Of a stretch of 64,000 nt of DNA, positions 1-10,343 are shown one piece after another. Numbering within the stretch: the stretch's first letter is position 1; every line of letters starts with the position of its first letter. The notes under the pieces are model-generated. The model was not told the DNA's origin and ran no database searches. It was given only the letters and a program-made list of their open reading frames with translations. Source of the DNA: an uncultured Clostridia bacterium (GTDB lineage Bacteria > Bacillota > Clostridia > Christensenellales > UBA1242); NCBI GenBank assembly GCA_944381175.1, contig CALWKD010000004.1:76939-140938 (forward strand), in the 5' to 3' direction. A program made the position numbers and the translations under genes.

Positions 1-1624
1 TTCCGTCTCTCCTGCCGACTGTTCCTGTCTTTGAAGCGAGGGAAGTGGACTTTATGTCGGACAACTTTCTTGCCGTTCCACTTTTGACGCTTTCCTGCAA
101 GATGTTTGTCATCAGATATGCACTGTCTTCTCTGAAAACCATTTTCTCTTGCGGTTTGTGCATATAGACGATTTTGTTGTTTTTGTCGGTTATGTATTGG
201 ATAAAATGTGACGGGGCAAACTCGCCACCATTTGGAAAGACCGTGTAAGCGCTTGTCAAATCTTGCAAATTCACGCCATAGGTCATTCCACCGAGGGCGA
301 GAGCATAACTGCTATCTTTTTCGTCAAAAGAAAGATCAAGTTTCTCAGCGTATTGCATCCCAGTGTCAATTCCAATGTAACTTAAGACCTTGATTGCTGG
401 GATATTTACGGAATTTTTCACGGCGTCGGTTATGGACATATAGCCTGCAAACTTCTTGTTTACATTCTCTGGCTCATAGCCTCCAATTTTGAGAGGCTCG
501 TCCAGAATTTGAGTGGAAGGGGAGATGACATTTTCGTTCAGTGCGGGAGCATAGACCAAGAGAGGTTTGATGCAAGAGGCGGGCTGGCGTTTTATCTCCA
601 AAATTTTGTAATCTGCGTCCGCAACATATGCCTTTATGCCGTGGGAGCGGTTGTCGATGACAATGCCAGCGTCCGAAAGCCCTTCCACTTTGTTTTGGGC
701 AATGGCATTTTCGAGTGCTTTTTGCTTGTCTTTGTCGAAATAGGTGTGCAGTTTGTAACCGCCGAGAGCGAGTTGCTTTGCGGTGGTGTTTAAGAGTTTT
801 GTCGCCTCGTCAATGCTCGCTTGGGAGTAAGAATTTAGTTTGTTTCGAGTGTGAGGCGTGATTGAGAGGGTGAGAGGCTTGTTTTGTGCGGTTATCTTTT
901 CTGAGGCGGTGATTTTGCCGTCTTTTTCCATTTCGGAAAGCACCAAATCTCGTCTTGCCTTGCAGTTTTCTGGGTTTGTGATTGGAGAATATCTGCTTGG
1001 GGCTTTAATCATTCCCGCGAGCGTGCAACTCTCTTCCAGCGTCAAATTTTTTGCAGATTTGTTGAAATAATATTTTGACGCGTCCTCAATTCCATAGCAG
1101 TTATTACCGAAAAAGATTATGTTTAAATAACTTTCGAGTATCTCATCCTTTGAAAAGTTTTTTTCGAGTTTTTTTGTCAGTGCCATTTCTTTCAGTTTTC
1201 TGTCAAATGTTTTCTCGCTCGAAAGATGTGTGTTTTTGATAAGTTGTTGGCTTATTGTCGAAGCACCCTCTTTGAGTTTTCCACTTTTGAGGTTGTTTAT
1301 CATTGCCTTGACAATTCTTTTTTTGTTTAGTCCGTGATGTTTGTAAAAATCTTTATCCTCAATCGAAATAAATGCCTCTTTTGTGTGCTCGCTCAAATCT
1401 TCAAGTTTGCAGTAGTCGCCGTTGAACTGGTTCTCGTCCTCCATTTTTATGTTTTCGCTTGAATAGATATCAATCGAAAGAGAAGGGCTTGTGAGAGTTT
1501 CGGCATTTAGTGGCAACGACTGATACTTAACATAATTAGTCGTCAGATAGGTCGCACAAAATGTCACTGCAAAAACCCCGATGAGAACTATTGAAATTAG
1601 ACAAATTTTGACAAATTTCTTCAT
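1..1624 (-). CDS. Class A penicillin-binding protein (glycosyltransferase + transpeptidase), N-terminal ~540 codons; C-terminus lies outside the window
   Basis: Own minus-strand translation from ATG (CAT at 1622-1624): MKKFVKICLISIVLIGVFAV signal-anchor. GT51 motifs EDKDFYKHHG, GASTISQQLIKN, RYSP. Transpeptidase motifs SCIK (SxxK), SVN, and KTGT near the window edge. Absent from the ORF track because it runs off the edge. Confidence 0.85.
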   Translation of the reverse strand, partial: MKKFVKICLISIVLIGVFAVTFCATYLTTNYVKYQSLPLNAETLTSPSLSIDIYSSENIKMEDENQFNGDYCKLEDLSEHTKEAFISIEDKDFYKHHGLNKKRIVKAMINNLKSGKLKEGASTISQQLIKNTHLSSEKTFDRKLKEMALTKKLEKNFSKDEILESYLNIIFFGNNCYGIEDASKYYFNKSAKNLTLEESCTLAGMIKAPSRYSPITNPENCKARRDLVLSEMEKDGKITASEKITAQNKPLTLSITPHTRNKLNSYSQASIDEATKLLNTTAKQLALGGYKLHTYFDKDKQKALENAIAQNKVEGLSDAGIVIDNRSHGIKAYVADADYKILEIKRQPASCIKPLLVYAPALNENVISPSTQILDEPLKIGGYEPENVNKKFAGYMSITDAVKNSVNIPAIKVLSYIGIDTGMQYAEKLDLSFDEKDSSYALALGGMTYGVNLQDLTSAYTVFPNGGEFAPSHFIQYITDKNNKIVYMHKPQEKMVFREDSAYLMTNILQESVKSGTARKLSDIKSTSLASKTGTVGRRDG

Positions 1625-1704
1625 TGCTTTATATTGTGGGTTTATTTGCTGAAATTATTCTTATTGACTTGATTTGGTCGTTTTTTTCTTGTATAATATC
1701 TATT

Positions 1705-2829
1705 ATGAAATATTTTATAGTTACATATGGTTGCCAGATGAATGTGCACGAGTCTGAAAAACTTGCTGGCATTTGCGAGAAAATGGGATACACTTTGGCT
1801 GACAAAAGGGAGGATGCCGACCTTATTGTTTTCAACACTTGTGCAATTCGAGAAGGGGCAGAAGATAGAGTTTTTGGGAATGTTGGGGCTTTGAAGAAGT
1901 TGAAAAAGCAGAAGCCCAACCTTATTATCGCGGTCTGTGGTTGTATGACGCAAAAGGAGTCGACCGCAAACGAAATGATGAGGAAATTTCCATTTGTTGA
2001 CATTGTCATCGGCACATTCAACTTGCCAAACTTTGAGCATTATGTGGAAGCGGTCAAACTCGGCAGACAACTCGAAATTTGGAACGAGGGCGACATTGAC
2101 GAAAGTCTTCCATACAAAAGGACAAGTGGCGAAAATGCTTGGGTGAACATTATGCAGGGGTGCAACAATTTTTGCACTTATTGCATCGTGCCTTATGTGC
2201 GTGGAAGAGAAAAAAGCAGATCGGAAGAGAACATTTTGAATGAAATCAGAGAGATTGTGAAGAGCGGGAAATACAAAAAAATAACCCTTCTTGGTCAAAA
2301 TGTAAATTCTTACGGCAAGGACCTTTCGCCTCAAGTGCCATTTTCAAAATTGCTCAAAGACATTTGCCAAATTGAAGGGGACTTTAAGATTTGGTTTATG
2401 ACTTCGCACCCAAAAGATTTGACGGATGATGTCATTGATGTGGTGGCAAGCGAAGAGAAAATCTTGAAAGATATTCACCTGCCAGCACAAAGCGGGAACA
2501 ACCGAATTTTAAATCTTATGAACAGGCGTTACACACGAGAGAAATACCTCGGAATAATTCAAAAAATTCGCGAAAAAATTCCAAACTGCAGGATAACTTC
2601 GGATTTTATCGTCGGCTTTCCAACAGAGACCGAAGAGGAGTTTATGGACACAATGAGTTTGGTGGAAGAGGTGAAATATGACAGCATTTTTGCCTTTATG
2701 TATTCGCCAAGAGAAGGCACAGTTGCAAGCAAAATGGACGGGCAAGTGCCACAAGAAGTCAAACAAAGAAGGGTGAACGAACTTCTCGCCCTCGAAAAGA
2801 AAATTCAGAAAAAAGAAGGTAAGAAATAA
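1705..2829 (+). CDS. miaB: MiaB-type radical-SAM methylthiotransferase, apparently without a C-terminal TRAM domain (374 aa)
   Basis: ATG at 1705 (MKYFIVTYGCQMNVHESE, UPF0004 N-domain). Radical-SAM CNNFCTYC. Ends ...QKKEGKK with TAATG overlap onto mutS. The TTG at 1624 in the ORF track was rejected as the start. Confidence 0.85.
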   Translation: MKYFIVTYGCQMNVHESEKLAGICEKMGYTLADKREDADLIVFNTCAIREGAEDRVFGNVGALKKLKKQKPNLIIAVCGCMTQKESTANEMMRKFPFVDIVIGTFNLPNFEHYVEAVKLGRQLEIWNEGDIDESLPYKRTSGENAWVNIMQGCNNFCTYCIVPYVRGREKSRSEENILNEIREIVKSGKYKKITLLGQNVNSYGKDLSPQVPFSKLLKDICQIEGDFKIWFMTSHPKDLTDDVIDVVASEEKILKDIHLPAQSGNNRILNLMNRRYTREKYLGIIQKIREKIPNCRITSDFIVGFPTETEEEFMDTMSLVEEVKYDSIFAFMYSPREGTVASKMDGQVPQEVKQRRVNELLALEKKIQKKEGKK

Positions 2830-5444
2830 TGGCTCAAAAGGTCAAAGAACCATCAGATATGATGAAACATTATCTGCACATGAAAGAGCAATATAAAGAT
2901 TGCATCTTGTTTTATCGTCTTGGAGATTTTTACGAACTTTTCTATGAAGACGCAATTGAAATTTCCAAAGTCTTGGACTTGGTGCTCACTGGGAAAAATT
3001 GCGGGCTTGATGAGCGAGCACCGATGTGCGGTGTGCCTTATCACGCTGCGGAAGGGTATATCGCAAAACTTGTTTCGCTTGGATACAAGGTTGCAGTTTG
3101 CGAGCAACTGACCGAGCCAAAGAAAGGTGTGAAGATTGTTGAGAGAGACGTTGTAAGAGTTGTGACGGCGGGCACGGTTGTCGATGACAGTATGCTTGAA
3201 GAACGAAAAAACAACTATATTATGTCGGTGTTTTTAGGTGACGACAAACTCTCTGTGGTCTATTGCGACATCACGACTGGCGAGTTTAATCTTTGCCACT
3301 TCGACGGCGGACTTGAAAGCAATTTTGCTGATTTATTAAATCGTGTTATGCCGTCTGAGGTGATTGGAAACAGCAGTGCGAAGATATTTTACAATAATCT
3401 TCCAATTCTCAAGTTTGGCGTTTATCCAAAGTTTGAGGAGTATTTTGATTATGCGTTTGGAATGGCGAAGGCGACTGAGAACATAGACAAACAGTTTGGG
3501 CAGAACGCCGTCAATGTCTTTGAACTTAAATCAAACAAGCAGGACATTCCAGCGATTGGGGCACTTTTGGAATATTTGCAGGAGACGCAGAAGAGGTTGC
3601 TTAAAAACATAAACAAAATCACCAAGGTCAAAAACAATCAATATATGGTCATTGATATGAACACAAGACGAAATCTCGAACTTGTGGAGTCAATCAGAGA
3701 GCGAAAGAGGTATGGCTCGCTTTTGTGGCTTATGGATATGACAAAGACGAGTATGGGTGCGAGGAAATTTCGTTCTATGTTTGACCAACCGCTCCAAAAC
3801 TCGACAGAAATCAATGACAGGCTTGACAGCGTTGAGGAACTTTCAAAAAATCTTATTTTGAGAGACAGGCTTTCGGAAACCCTCTCAAACATCAGAGATA
3901 TTGAGAGAATAAGCGGAAAGATTGCATATGGAAACATCTTGCCGAAAGATTTGATTGGGCTCAGGCAGTCACTCAATCAAGTGCCAAACATAAAGAATTT
4001 GCTCGCCAATATGAAATCAAAGAAACTGGTGAATATACGGGAGAATTTGGTGGATTTTGGAGAGATTGTGAAACTTCTTGAAAGTGCTATTGTCGACAAT
4101 CCACCTGCACTTTTGAAAGACGGCGGATATATCAAGAAAGGTTTCAATCAGGAACTTGATGAACTTAGAGATGCCAAAGATATCGGCAAGCGTGAGTGCG
4201 ATAAACTCGAGGAGTTGGAGAAGGCTCAGACAGGAATAAAAAATCTTAAGATTGGCTTCAACAGCGTCTTTGGATATTACATAGAGGTCAGCAAAGGACA
4301 GACTGACCTTGTTCCGCTTCGATATATCAGAAAGCAGACGATTGCAAATTCGGAGCGTTACACGACGGAAGATTTGCAGAAAATCGAGGACAAAATCTTA
4401 AATTCGGAAGAAAATGCGAAAAAACTTGAGGAAAAACTCTACAAAATGCTCATCGAGTATCTTTCAAATTATCTTTCTGCATTTTCAGATGTTGCGAAAC
4501 TTATTGCGGAGACGGACGCACTGCTCTCTCTTGCTCAAGTCGCCGTCAAATACAATTTCTGCAAGCCTCAGATAAGCAAAAGCATCAAAAAAATTGAGAT
4601 TGTGGAAGGCAGACATCCAGTTGTTGAGAGGTTTGTCAAAGAGGGGGCGTTTATTGCAAACGACACACTTCTTGACTGTGAGGACAACCAGATGATGATT
4701 ATCACTGGACCGAATATGGCGGGCAAAAGCACATATATGAGGCAGGTCGCAATCATAACTTTCCTTGCTCACATTGGCAGTTTTGTCCCAGCAAAGAGTG
4801 CCCAAATCTCAATCACTGACCGAATTTTCACTCGTGTTGGGGCGAGTGACGACTTGGCGTTTGGGCAAAGCACATTTATGGTTGAGATGAGCGAAGTCGC
4901 AAACATCTTGGCAAACGCAACCGACAGAAGTCTTGTTGTTCTTGACGAAATTGGCAGGGGAACATCCACCTTTGACGGTCTTTCAATCGCTTGGGCGGTT
5001 GTGGAGTATATCTGCAAAAAACTCAACTGCAAAACGCTTTTCGCCACGCATTATCACGAACTTTCCGAACTTGAGGGTGTCATTGAGGGTGTGAAGAATC
5101 ACAAAATCACCGTCAAAGAGGTCGGTGACAACATTGTCTTTTTGAGAAAGATTGTCAGAGGGAGTGCAAATCGAAGTTTTGGTGTGGAAGTTGCCCAACT
5201 TGCTGGCGTTCCGCAAGAAGTCATCGACAGGGCGAAGGAAATCAGTTTGAATCTTGAAAGTGTAAATCAAAAACTTGATATGAATATGTTTGGCGAGGAT
5301 AAAGAACGCAAACTTCAAGAAAGAAACAACAAACTTGGGCAAAAACTCCTCTCAATGCTCAAAGATTTGGACATCAACAGACTTTCCCCAATGGAGAGTT
5401 TTGAAGTTTTGAATGACCTCATAACAAGAGCGAAAGAGGAGTAG
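2829..5444 (+). CDS. mutS: DNA mismatch repair protein MutS
   Basis: 871 aa. N-terminal mismatch-binding region (MMKHYLHMKEQYKDCILFYRLGDFYELF), Walker A GPNMAGKST, DEIGRGTST. Confidence 0.97.
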   Translation: MAQKVKEPSDMMKHYLHMKEQYKDCILFYRLGDFYELFYEDAIEISKVLDLVLTGKNCGLDERAPMCGVPYHAAEGYIAKLVSLGYKVAVCEQLTEPKKGVKIVERDVVRVVTAGTVVDDSMLEERKNNYIMSVFLGDDKLSVVYCDITTGEFNLCHFDGGLESNFADLLNRVMPSEVIGNSSAKIFYNNLPILKFGVYPKFEEYFDYAFGMAKATENIDKQFGQNAVNVFELKSNKQDIPAIGALLEYLQETQKRLLKNINKITKVKNNQYMVIDMNTRRNLELVESIRERKRYGSLLWLMDMTKTSMGARKFRSMFDQPLQNSTEINDRLDSVEELSKNLILRDRLSETLSNIRDIERISGKIAYGNILPKDLIGLRQSLNQVPNIKNLLANMKSKKLVNIRENLVDFGEIVKLLESAIVDNPPALLKDGGYIKKGFNQELDELRDAKDIGKRECDKLEELEKAQTGIKNLKIGFNSVFGYYIEVSKGQTDLVPLRYIRKQTIANSERYTTEDLQKIEDKILNSEENAKKLEEKLYKMLIEYLSNYLSAFSDVAKLIAETDALLSLAQVAVKYNFCKPQISKSIKKIEIVEGRHPVVERFVKEGAFIANDTLLDCEDNQMMIITGPNMAGKSTYMRQVAIITFLAHIGSFVPAKSAQISITDRIFTRVGASDDLAFGQSTFMVEMSEVANILANATDRSLVVLDEIGRGTSTFDGLSIAWAVVEYICKKLNCKTLFATHYHELSELEGVIEGVKNHKITVKEVGDNIVFLRKIVRGSANRSFGVEVAQLAGVPQEVIDRAKEISLNLESVNQKLDMNMFGEDKERKLQERNNKLGQKLLSMLKDLDINRLSPMESFEVLNDLITRAKEE

Positions 5445-5470
5445 GTAGAAAGTTTTTAAAGGAGAAGAAT

Positions 5471-7432
5471 ATGGCTATCAATGTGTTGTCACCGAGAATT
5501 TACAATCGTATCGCCGCAGGAGAAGTGGTCGAAAAGCCAGCCTCTGTGGTCAAGGAACTTGTCGAAAACAGCATAGACGCTGGAGCGAGCAAGATTAAGA
5601 TTGAGATTGTTGGTGGCGGAATAAAAAAGATTTCTGTGTCTGACAATGGATGCGGAATTTCAAAAGATGACCTTCCGCTTGCCTTCTTGCCACACGCAAC
5701 GAGCAAGATTTCAGATATTGATGACCTTGACGGCATTGTTACGCTTGGGTTTCGCGGAGAGGCACTTGCAAGCATTGCTTCTGTTTCGCTTGTAAACCTT
5801 TCCACAAAGACCAAAGAGGCGGAAACTGGATACAAGATTGAAGCAAACGGCGGAGAAATTTCAAAAGTGGTGGAGGTTGCGAGACTTGACGGCACAACCA
5901 TCACGGTCTGTGACCTTTTCTACAATACTCCAGCAAGAGCAAAATTTTTGAGAAAGCCAAAATCTGAGGAGAGTGATATCACGCATTTGGTGGAGAAGTT
6001 TATGCTTGCTCATCCTGAGATTTCTTTTGAGTATGTGGTGGACGGTAAAAGCATTTACAACCACGCCAGCGGAAGCCTTGACGAAGTGGTCTATCTTATT
6101 TACGGAAAAGAGGTCTATGAAAATCTTTTGAAACTTGACCACGAAGAAGACGGGGTCAAGGTGGGAGGATATATCGTTTCTCCAAAACTCTCGAAGCCAA
6201 ACCGCACATTCCAATCACTCTTTGTAAACGGCAGATATGTCGAGAATTTTATGGTCTCTGCTTGCGTGCAAGGGGCTTATGAGCATTTTCTTATGAAAGG
6301 AAGATTCCCTATCTACATTTTGAAACTGGAAATTCCTTTTGATAGGGTCGATGTCAATGTTCATCCAAACAAAAAAGAGGTCAAATTTGACAATTCTTCA
6401 AGAATTTTCGGTATAATTCGCAGGGCTGTTGAGAAGGCTCTCGTTTCGACAAATTTGATTGCGGACTTCCAGTTTACAAGTGAAGAAGAAAAGGAATGGA
6501 GCAAGTTCGACATAAATGTGGATAAAGAGCCAGAGCGCACTGGCTTTGATGCTTATCCTCAAACAAATTTTGACAAGATGACGGAAAGCGAGGGTGCAAG
6601 TTTCAGAGTCTCTGTGGATGATGAGAGTTTGAAAGAGAAGGTTGTCTCTCCAAAAGAATACCAAAAGAAAGGCATTGAAATCATAAATATGCCAGAATTT
6701 TCTTCTGTTAAGTCGGATGTGAAGGCAAAAAACCGACCAGGCGGAAACATTTTTTTTGACCAGTCAGGTGACAGCCTCTTGCACGAGGTCGAACTCAGCG
6801 TCAAAAACGAGATGAAAGCGGAGAATTTGCCAAAGGTGGAAAAAGAGACCTTTTTGACTTCAAATATTGAGAAAATCAAGATTGTGGGTGCGGTTTTCAA
6901 GACCTACATCATAACAGAATTTGAGGACGCGGTCTACATCATTGACCAACACGCGATGCACGAGCGACAAAATTATGAGAGACTCAAGGAGCAGATTGAG
7001 AAAAACAATGTCGCAAAACAAGACCTTCTCATCCCTTACAAAGTGGAACTTTTGGCAAAGGATATGGAGCAGTTTAGGGAAAGAATAGCAAATCTTGAGC
7101 AGATTGGCTTTGAAATAAGAGACAACGGCTCGAATTTTGAAATTTTGAGTGTGCCGTTTGTCATCTCTGGAATAAATTTGAAAAACTTTGTTGATGATAT
7201 TCTGTCGAGCGACATCTACAATGACAAAACTGCCAGCGGAATTGTCAATGACAAACTCTGCCAAACCGCTTGCAAGCACTCAATAAGAGCGGGTGACAGC
7301 ATTTCAAAGGAGGAAATCGTTTATTTGATTGAACAGATGCAAAAAAATGTTCCGCTTTGCCCACACGGCAGACCAATCATTGTCAAAATCAGCAAAAAAG
7401 ATTTTGAGAAGATGTTTAAAAGGACTTTGTGA
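5471..7432 (+). CDS. mutL: DNA mismatch repair endonuclease MutL
   Basis: 653 aa. GHKL ATPase N-terminus (NRIAAGEVVEKPASVVKELVENSIDAG). C-terminal endonuclease motif DQHAMHERQNYE. RBS AAAGGAG upstream. Confidence 0.97.
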   Translation: MAINVLSPRIYNRIAAGEVVEKPASVVKELVENSIDAGASKIKIEIVGGGIKKISVSDNGCGISKDDLPLAFLPHATSKISDIDDLDGIVTLGFRGEALASIASVSLVNLSTKTKEAETGYKIEANGGEISKVVEVARLDGTTITVCDLFYNTPARAKFLRKPKSEESDITHLVEKFMLAHPEISFEYVVDGKSIYNHASGSLDEVVYLIYGKEVYENLLKLDHEEDGVKVGGYIVSPKLSKPNRTFQSLFVNGRYVENFMVSACVQGAYEHFLMKGRFPIYILKLEIPFDRVDVNVHPNKKEVKFDNSSRIFGIIRRAVEKALVSTNLIADFQFTSEEEKEWSKFDINVDKEPERTGFDAYPQTNFDKMTESEGASFRVSVDDESLKEKVVSPKEYQKKGIEIINMPEFSSVKSDVKAKNRPGGNIFFDQSGDSLLHEVELSVKNEMKAENLPKVEKETFLTSNIEKIKIVGAVFKTYIITEFEDAVYIIDQHAMHERQNYERLKEQIEKNNVAKQDLLIPYKVELLAKDMEQFRERIANLEQIGFEIRDNGSNFEILSVPFVISGINLKNFVDDILSSDIYNDKTASGIVNDKLCQTACKHSIRAGDSISKEEIVYLIEQMQKNVPLCPHGRPIIVKISKKDFEKMFKRTL

Positions 7433-8343
7433 TGAAGAAGTTTAAGGCGGTGTTTATCCTTGGCCCGACTGCTGTTGGGAAGACTTTTTTCAGCGTCAAA
7501 CTGGCAAAAGACCTTGACGGAGAGATAATTTCTTCGGACTCAGTGCAAATTTACAAGGGGCTTGACATTGGCTCGGCGAAAGTGACAAAAGAAGAAATGC
7601 AGGGTGTCAAGCACTATGCGATTGATATTTTGGAGCCAGATGAGGAATTTTCGGTTTATGATTTTGTGGAATTTTCAAAGCAGAAAATCGCTGAAATCTC
7701 AGAAAATGGCAAATTGCCGATTGTCGTCGGTGGAACTGGGCTTTATGTCAAGGCGTTGACGCTTGGATATGACTTCGGCGGGACAAAAAAGGACGAAAAT
7801 TTGCGAGAGAACTTGGAAAATTTGGCAAGAGAAAAGGGAAATGACGCACTTTTTGAAATTCTTAAAGAAAAAAATCCAACTATGGCGGAAAAAACGGACA
7901 AATCAAACACTGTTAGGCTTGTCAGAGCACTTGAAATTGCATTGTCGGACAAGGAAAAAGGAAAAAATGAGAGCCAAATTGACGCCTTGCTCATTGCGTT
8001 GAATCACGACAGAGAAAAACTCTATGCCGACATAAACAGGCGTGTGGATGTTATGCTTGAAAATGGATTGGTGCAGGAAGTTGAGGGGCTCAAAGCGAGA
8101 GGTCTTACAAAAGAAAACCAATCAATGAAAGCGATTGGGTATAAAGAGGTTTTGGCGTATCTTGACGGAGAATATTCCTATGAGAGAATGGTGGAACTTC
8201 TCAAACAGCACAGCCGAAATTATGCGAAAAGGCAACTCACTTTTCTTCGAGGAATGGAAAATGTGCATTTTGTCGAGGTTGAGGACAGAGAAAAAGCGTA
8301 TGAAGAGATTTTGAGTTTGGTCAAAGATTGGCGGGGAAAATAA
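7432..8343 (+). CDS. miaA: tRNA dimethylallyltransferase
   Basis: P-loop GPTAVGKT. SSDSVQIYKGLDIGSAK. ATG at 7432 overlaps the mutL stop (TGATG). Confidence 0.95.
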   Translation: MKKFKAVFILGPTAVGKTFFSVKLAKDLDGEIISSDSVQIYKGLDIGSAKVTKEEMQGVKHYAIDILEPDEEFSVYDFVEFSKQKIAEISENGKLPIVVGGTGLYVKALTLGYDFGGTKKDENLRENLENLAREKGNDALFEILKEKNPTMAEKTDKSNTVRLVRALEIALSDKEKGKNESQIDALLIALNHDREKLYADINRRVDVMLENGLVQEVEGLKARGLTKENQSMKAIGYKEVLAYLDGEYSYERMVELLKQHSRNYAKRQLTFLRGMENVHFVEVEDREKAYEEILSLVKDWRGK

Positions 8344-8403
8344 AGATTGAAAGAATGCAAGCGATTGTGTTCTTTTTTTTGGTGCAAAGAAATAAGATAT
8401 CTT

Positions 8404-9027
8404 ATGTTTAAGTCATACAAAGCACGCTCTTTTTTCAGTGGACTCAGGTTCACCTGTTCAAATGTTGTAAGGGAAAACAAGGGGAAACTTTTCCTCACTT
8501 TTTCACTTGTCACTGTGGCTGTTTTCGTCGGGGTTTTCCTCGCAATCAAAAACAACAACTCCTACAATCTTGGACAACTGCAAGAAATCGACCTATGTGA
8601 TTTTTACAGCGGGGTGGTCGCCTCGTCCTCGGCGTTTATGTCTCGATGTGTCTCGCTTGTGGTCAATCTTCTGTTGCTCACTGCATTGTCTTTCAGTCCA
8701 TATCTCTTTCCTCTTGCACAAGTGCTTTTCTGTTTCAGGGGGTATTTGCTTGGGTTGAACATCACACTCGTTTTCATTTTTTATGGCATAGGCTCGATTG
8801 TGACAGTCATCGTTGTCGTCATCCCTTGCCAACTTATTTCGCTTTTTCTGCTGGTGGGGTTCTATCTCATTTTCTCCAAAATAAACTCAAATTGCAGAAG
8901 ATTTGGCTGTTGCGAGTGCAATCGTTTCGTTTTTGTGATTTCCGCACTTGCTCTTCTTTTGCTTGTGAATTTGGTCGAGACTTTTCTTTTGGTTTTGCTC
9001 AACGGGAATGTGATACTCGTCATTTAA
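8404..9027 (+). CDS. Polytopic membrane protein, possibly stage II sporulation protein M-like
   Basis: About 5 predicted TM helices after a short basic N-terminus. Size, topology and the FxRG..G...TLVF region resemble SpoIIM. Start is uncertain (ATG 8404 vs TTG 8347). It sits next to a DacB-like gene. Confidence 0.45.
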   Translation: MFKSYKARSFFSGLRFTCSNVVRENKGKLFLTFSLVTVAVFVGVFLAIKNNNSYNLGQLQEIDLCDFYSGVVASSSAFMSRCVSLVVNLLLLTALSFSPYLFPLAQVLFCFRGYLLGLNITLVFIFYGIGSIVTVIVVVIPCQLISLFLLVGFYLIFSKINSNCRRFGCCECNRFVFVISALALLLLVNLVETFLLVLLNGNVILVI

Positions 9028-9085
9028 TCACTTTTGCATAAAATGACAACTTTTGCCTAACCTATTTGCAAAAGGAGTTTGTTTT

Positions 9086-10246
9086 ATGGCAAAGTTTTTT
9101 AGAGGAACAATTCTCACAGTTTTGGCTCTTGCACTTTTTGTGTGCGGTTGCCAAATGAAAACAATGGTTACTTTTGCCTCAACTGAGGTGGACATAACGA
9201 GCAAAAGCGCGATTCTTATGGAATGTGACAGCGGAGAGGTCTTGTTTTCAAAGGACGAGACGAAGAGGCTTCCTGTCGCGAGTATGGTCAAGATGATGAC
9301 GATTTTGATTTCGCTTGAGGAACTTCAGGAGGGGAATGTCGCTCTTGACACAAAAATAACCACTTCCGAAAATGCCTCTGGAATGGGTGGGTCGCAGGTT
9401 TTTATTGACCCGTATGTTGATTACACATTTGAGGACTTGCTCAAGTCTGTGATTATGGCGTCAGCAAATGACGCGAGTGTCGCTCTTGCGGAATACTTCA
9501 ACGGAAACGAAAAAGCATTTACAAATCGAATGAACAAAAGGGCAAAGGAACTCGGAATGACAGACACTCATTATGTAAACTGCACAGGGCTTCCTGCACC
9601 AGAGCAATATTCTTCTGCGAAGGATACTGCCATTCTTCTTAAAGAGATTTTGAAGCACGACATTTATCACAAATACAGCACGATTTGGATGGATACTTTG
9701 ACTCATCCATCTGGAAGAGAAACTGAACTTGTGAACACAAATCGTCTTATCAGGTACTATGAAGGGTGCGACGGAGGAAAGACAGGCTCGACAAACGAGG
9801 CGGGCTGTTGCCTTGGAGCATCTGCAAAAAGAAACGATATGAGGCTTATTTCGGTTGTGGTTGGAGCGCCAAACAGCAAGACGAGATTCAACGAAAGTGC
9901 AACACTTTTCAACTATGGTTTCAAAAACTTTGAAAGCAGAAAACTTGCAAACAGTGCGGTTGCAATCAAATCAATTCCAGTTTTGAAAGGAAAAACGGAC
10001 AGTGCTGAGGTGTTTGCTTCGGAGGACTTCTCGGCGGTTGTGAAAAAGGGTGACGACTCAAATTATCAAGTCGACTTGAAAATCTCCGAAAGCGTCAAAG
10101 CACCGACAAAGTCAGGCAATGTTGTTGGAAAAATAATTATCTCCAAAAATGGAAATGTTGTGAAAGAAATTCCAGCCATTGTCAAAGAAAACATCAAACA
10201 TCTGTCAACTTTTGAGACTGCAAAACATATTATAAATAAATGGTAG
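9086..10246 (+). CDS. D-alanyl-D-alanine carboxypeptidase (peptidase S11, DacB/DacF-like)
   Basis: Signal peptide. SMVK (SxxK) in the context RLPVASMVKMMT. SAND/SxN region. KTGST. RBS AAAGGAG 8 nt upstream of ATG 9086. Confidence 0.9.
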   Translation: MAKFFRGTILTVLALALFVCGCQMKTMVTFASTEVDITSKSAILMECDSGEVLFSKDETKRLPVASMVKMMTILISLEELQEGNVALDTKITTSENASGMGGSQVFIDPYVDYTFEDLLKSVIMASANDASVALAEYFNGNEKAFTNRMNKRAKELGMTDTHYVNCTGLPAPEQYSSAKDTAILLKEILKHDIYHKYSTIWMDTLTHPSGRETELVNTNRLIRYYEGCDGGKTGSTNEAGCCLGASAKRNDMRLISVVVGAPNSKTRFNESATLFNYGFKNFESRKLANSAVAIKSIPVLKGKTDSAEVFASEDFSAVVKKGDDSNYQVDLKISESVKAPTKSGNVVGKIIISKNGNVVKEIPAIVKENIKHLSTFETAKHIINKW

Positions 10247-10251
10247 AAAAT

Positions 10252-10275
10252 AAAGGCTAATCGCCTTTTTTTCTT
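10252..10275 (+). terminator. Weak rho-independent terminator after the carboxypeptidase gene
   Basis: AAAGGC-TAATC-GCCTTT followed by a T-run. Confidence 0.4.
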
Positions 10276-10343
10276 TTAAAAAATGGTTGAATTTGTCAGT
10301 TTGTTGTGATATAATACAAGCCTAGACATTTTAGGAGAGGTTT

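Noticed and set aside
1624-1704. TTG start at 1624 giving a 401-aa MiaB
   Set aside because: It would overlap the PBP start codon on the other strand and adds a hydrophobic non-homologous peptide. The conserved MiaB N-terminus begins at ATG 1705.
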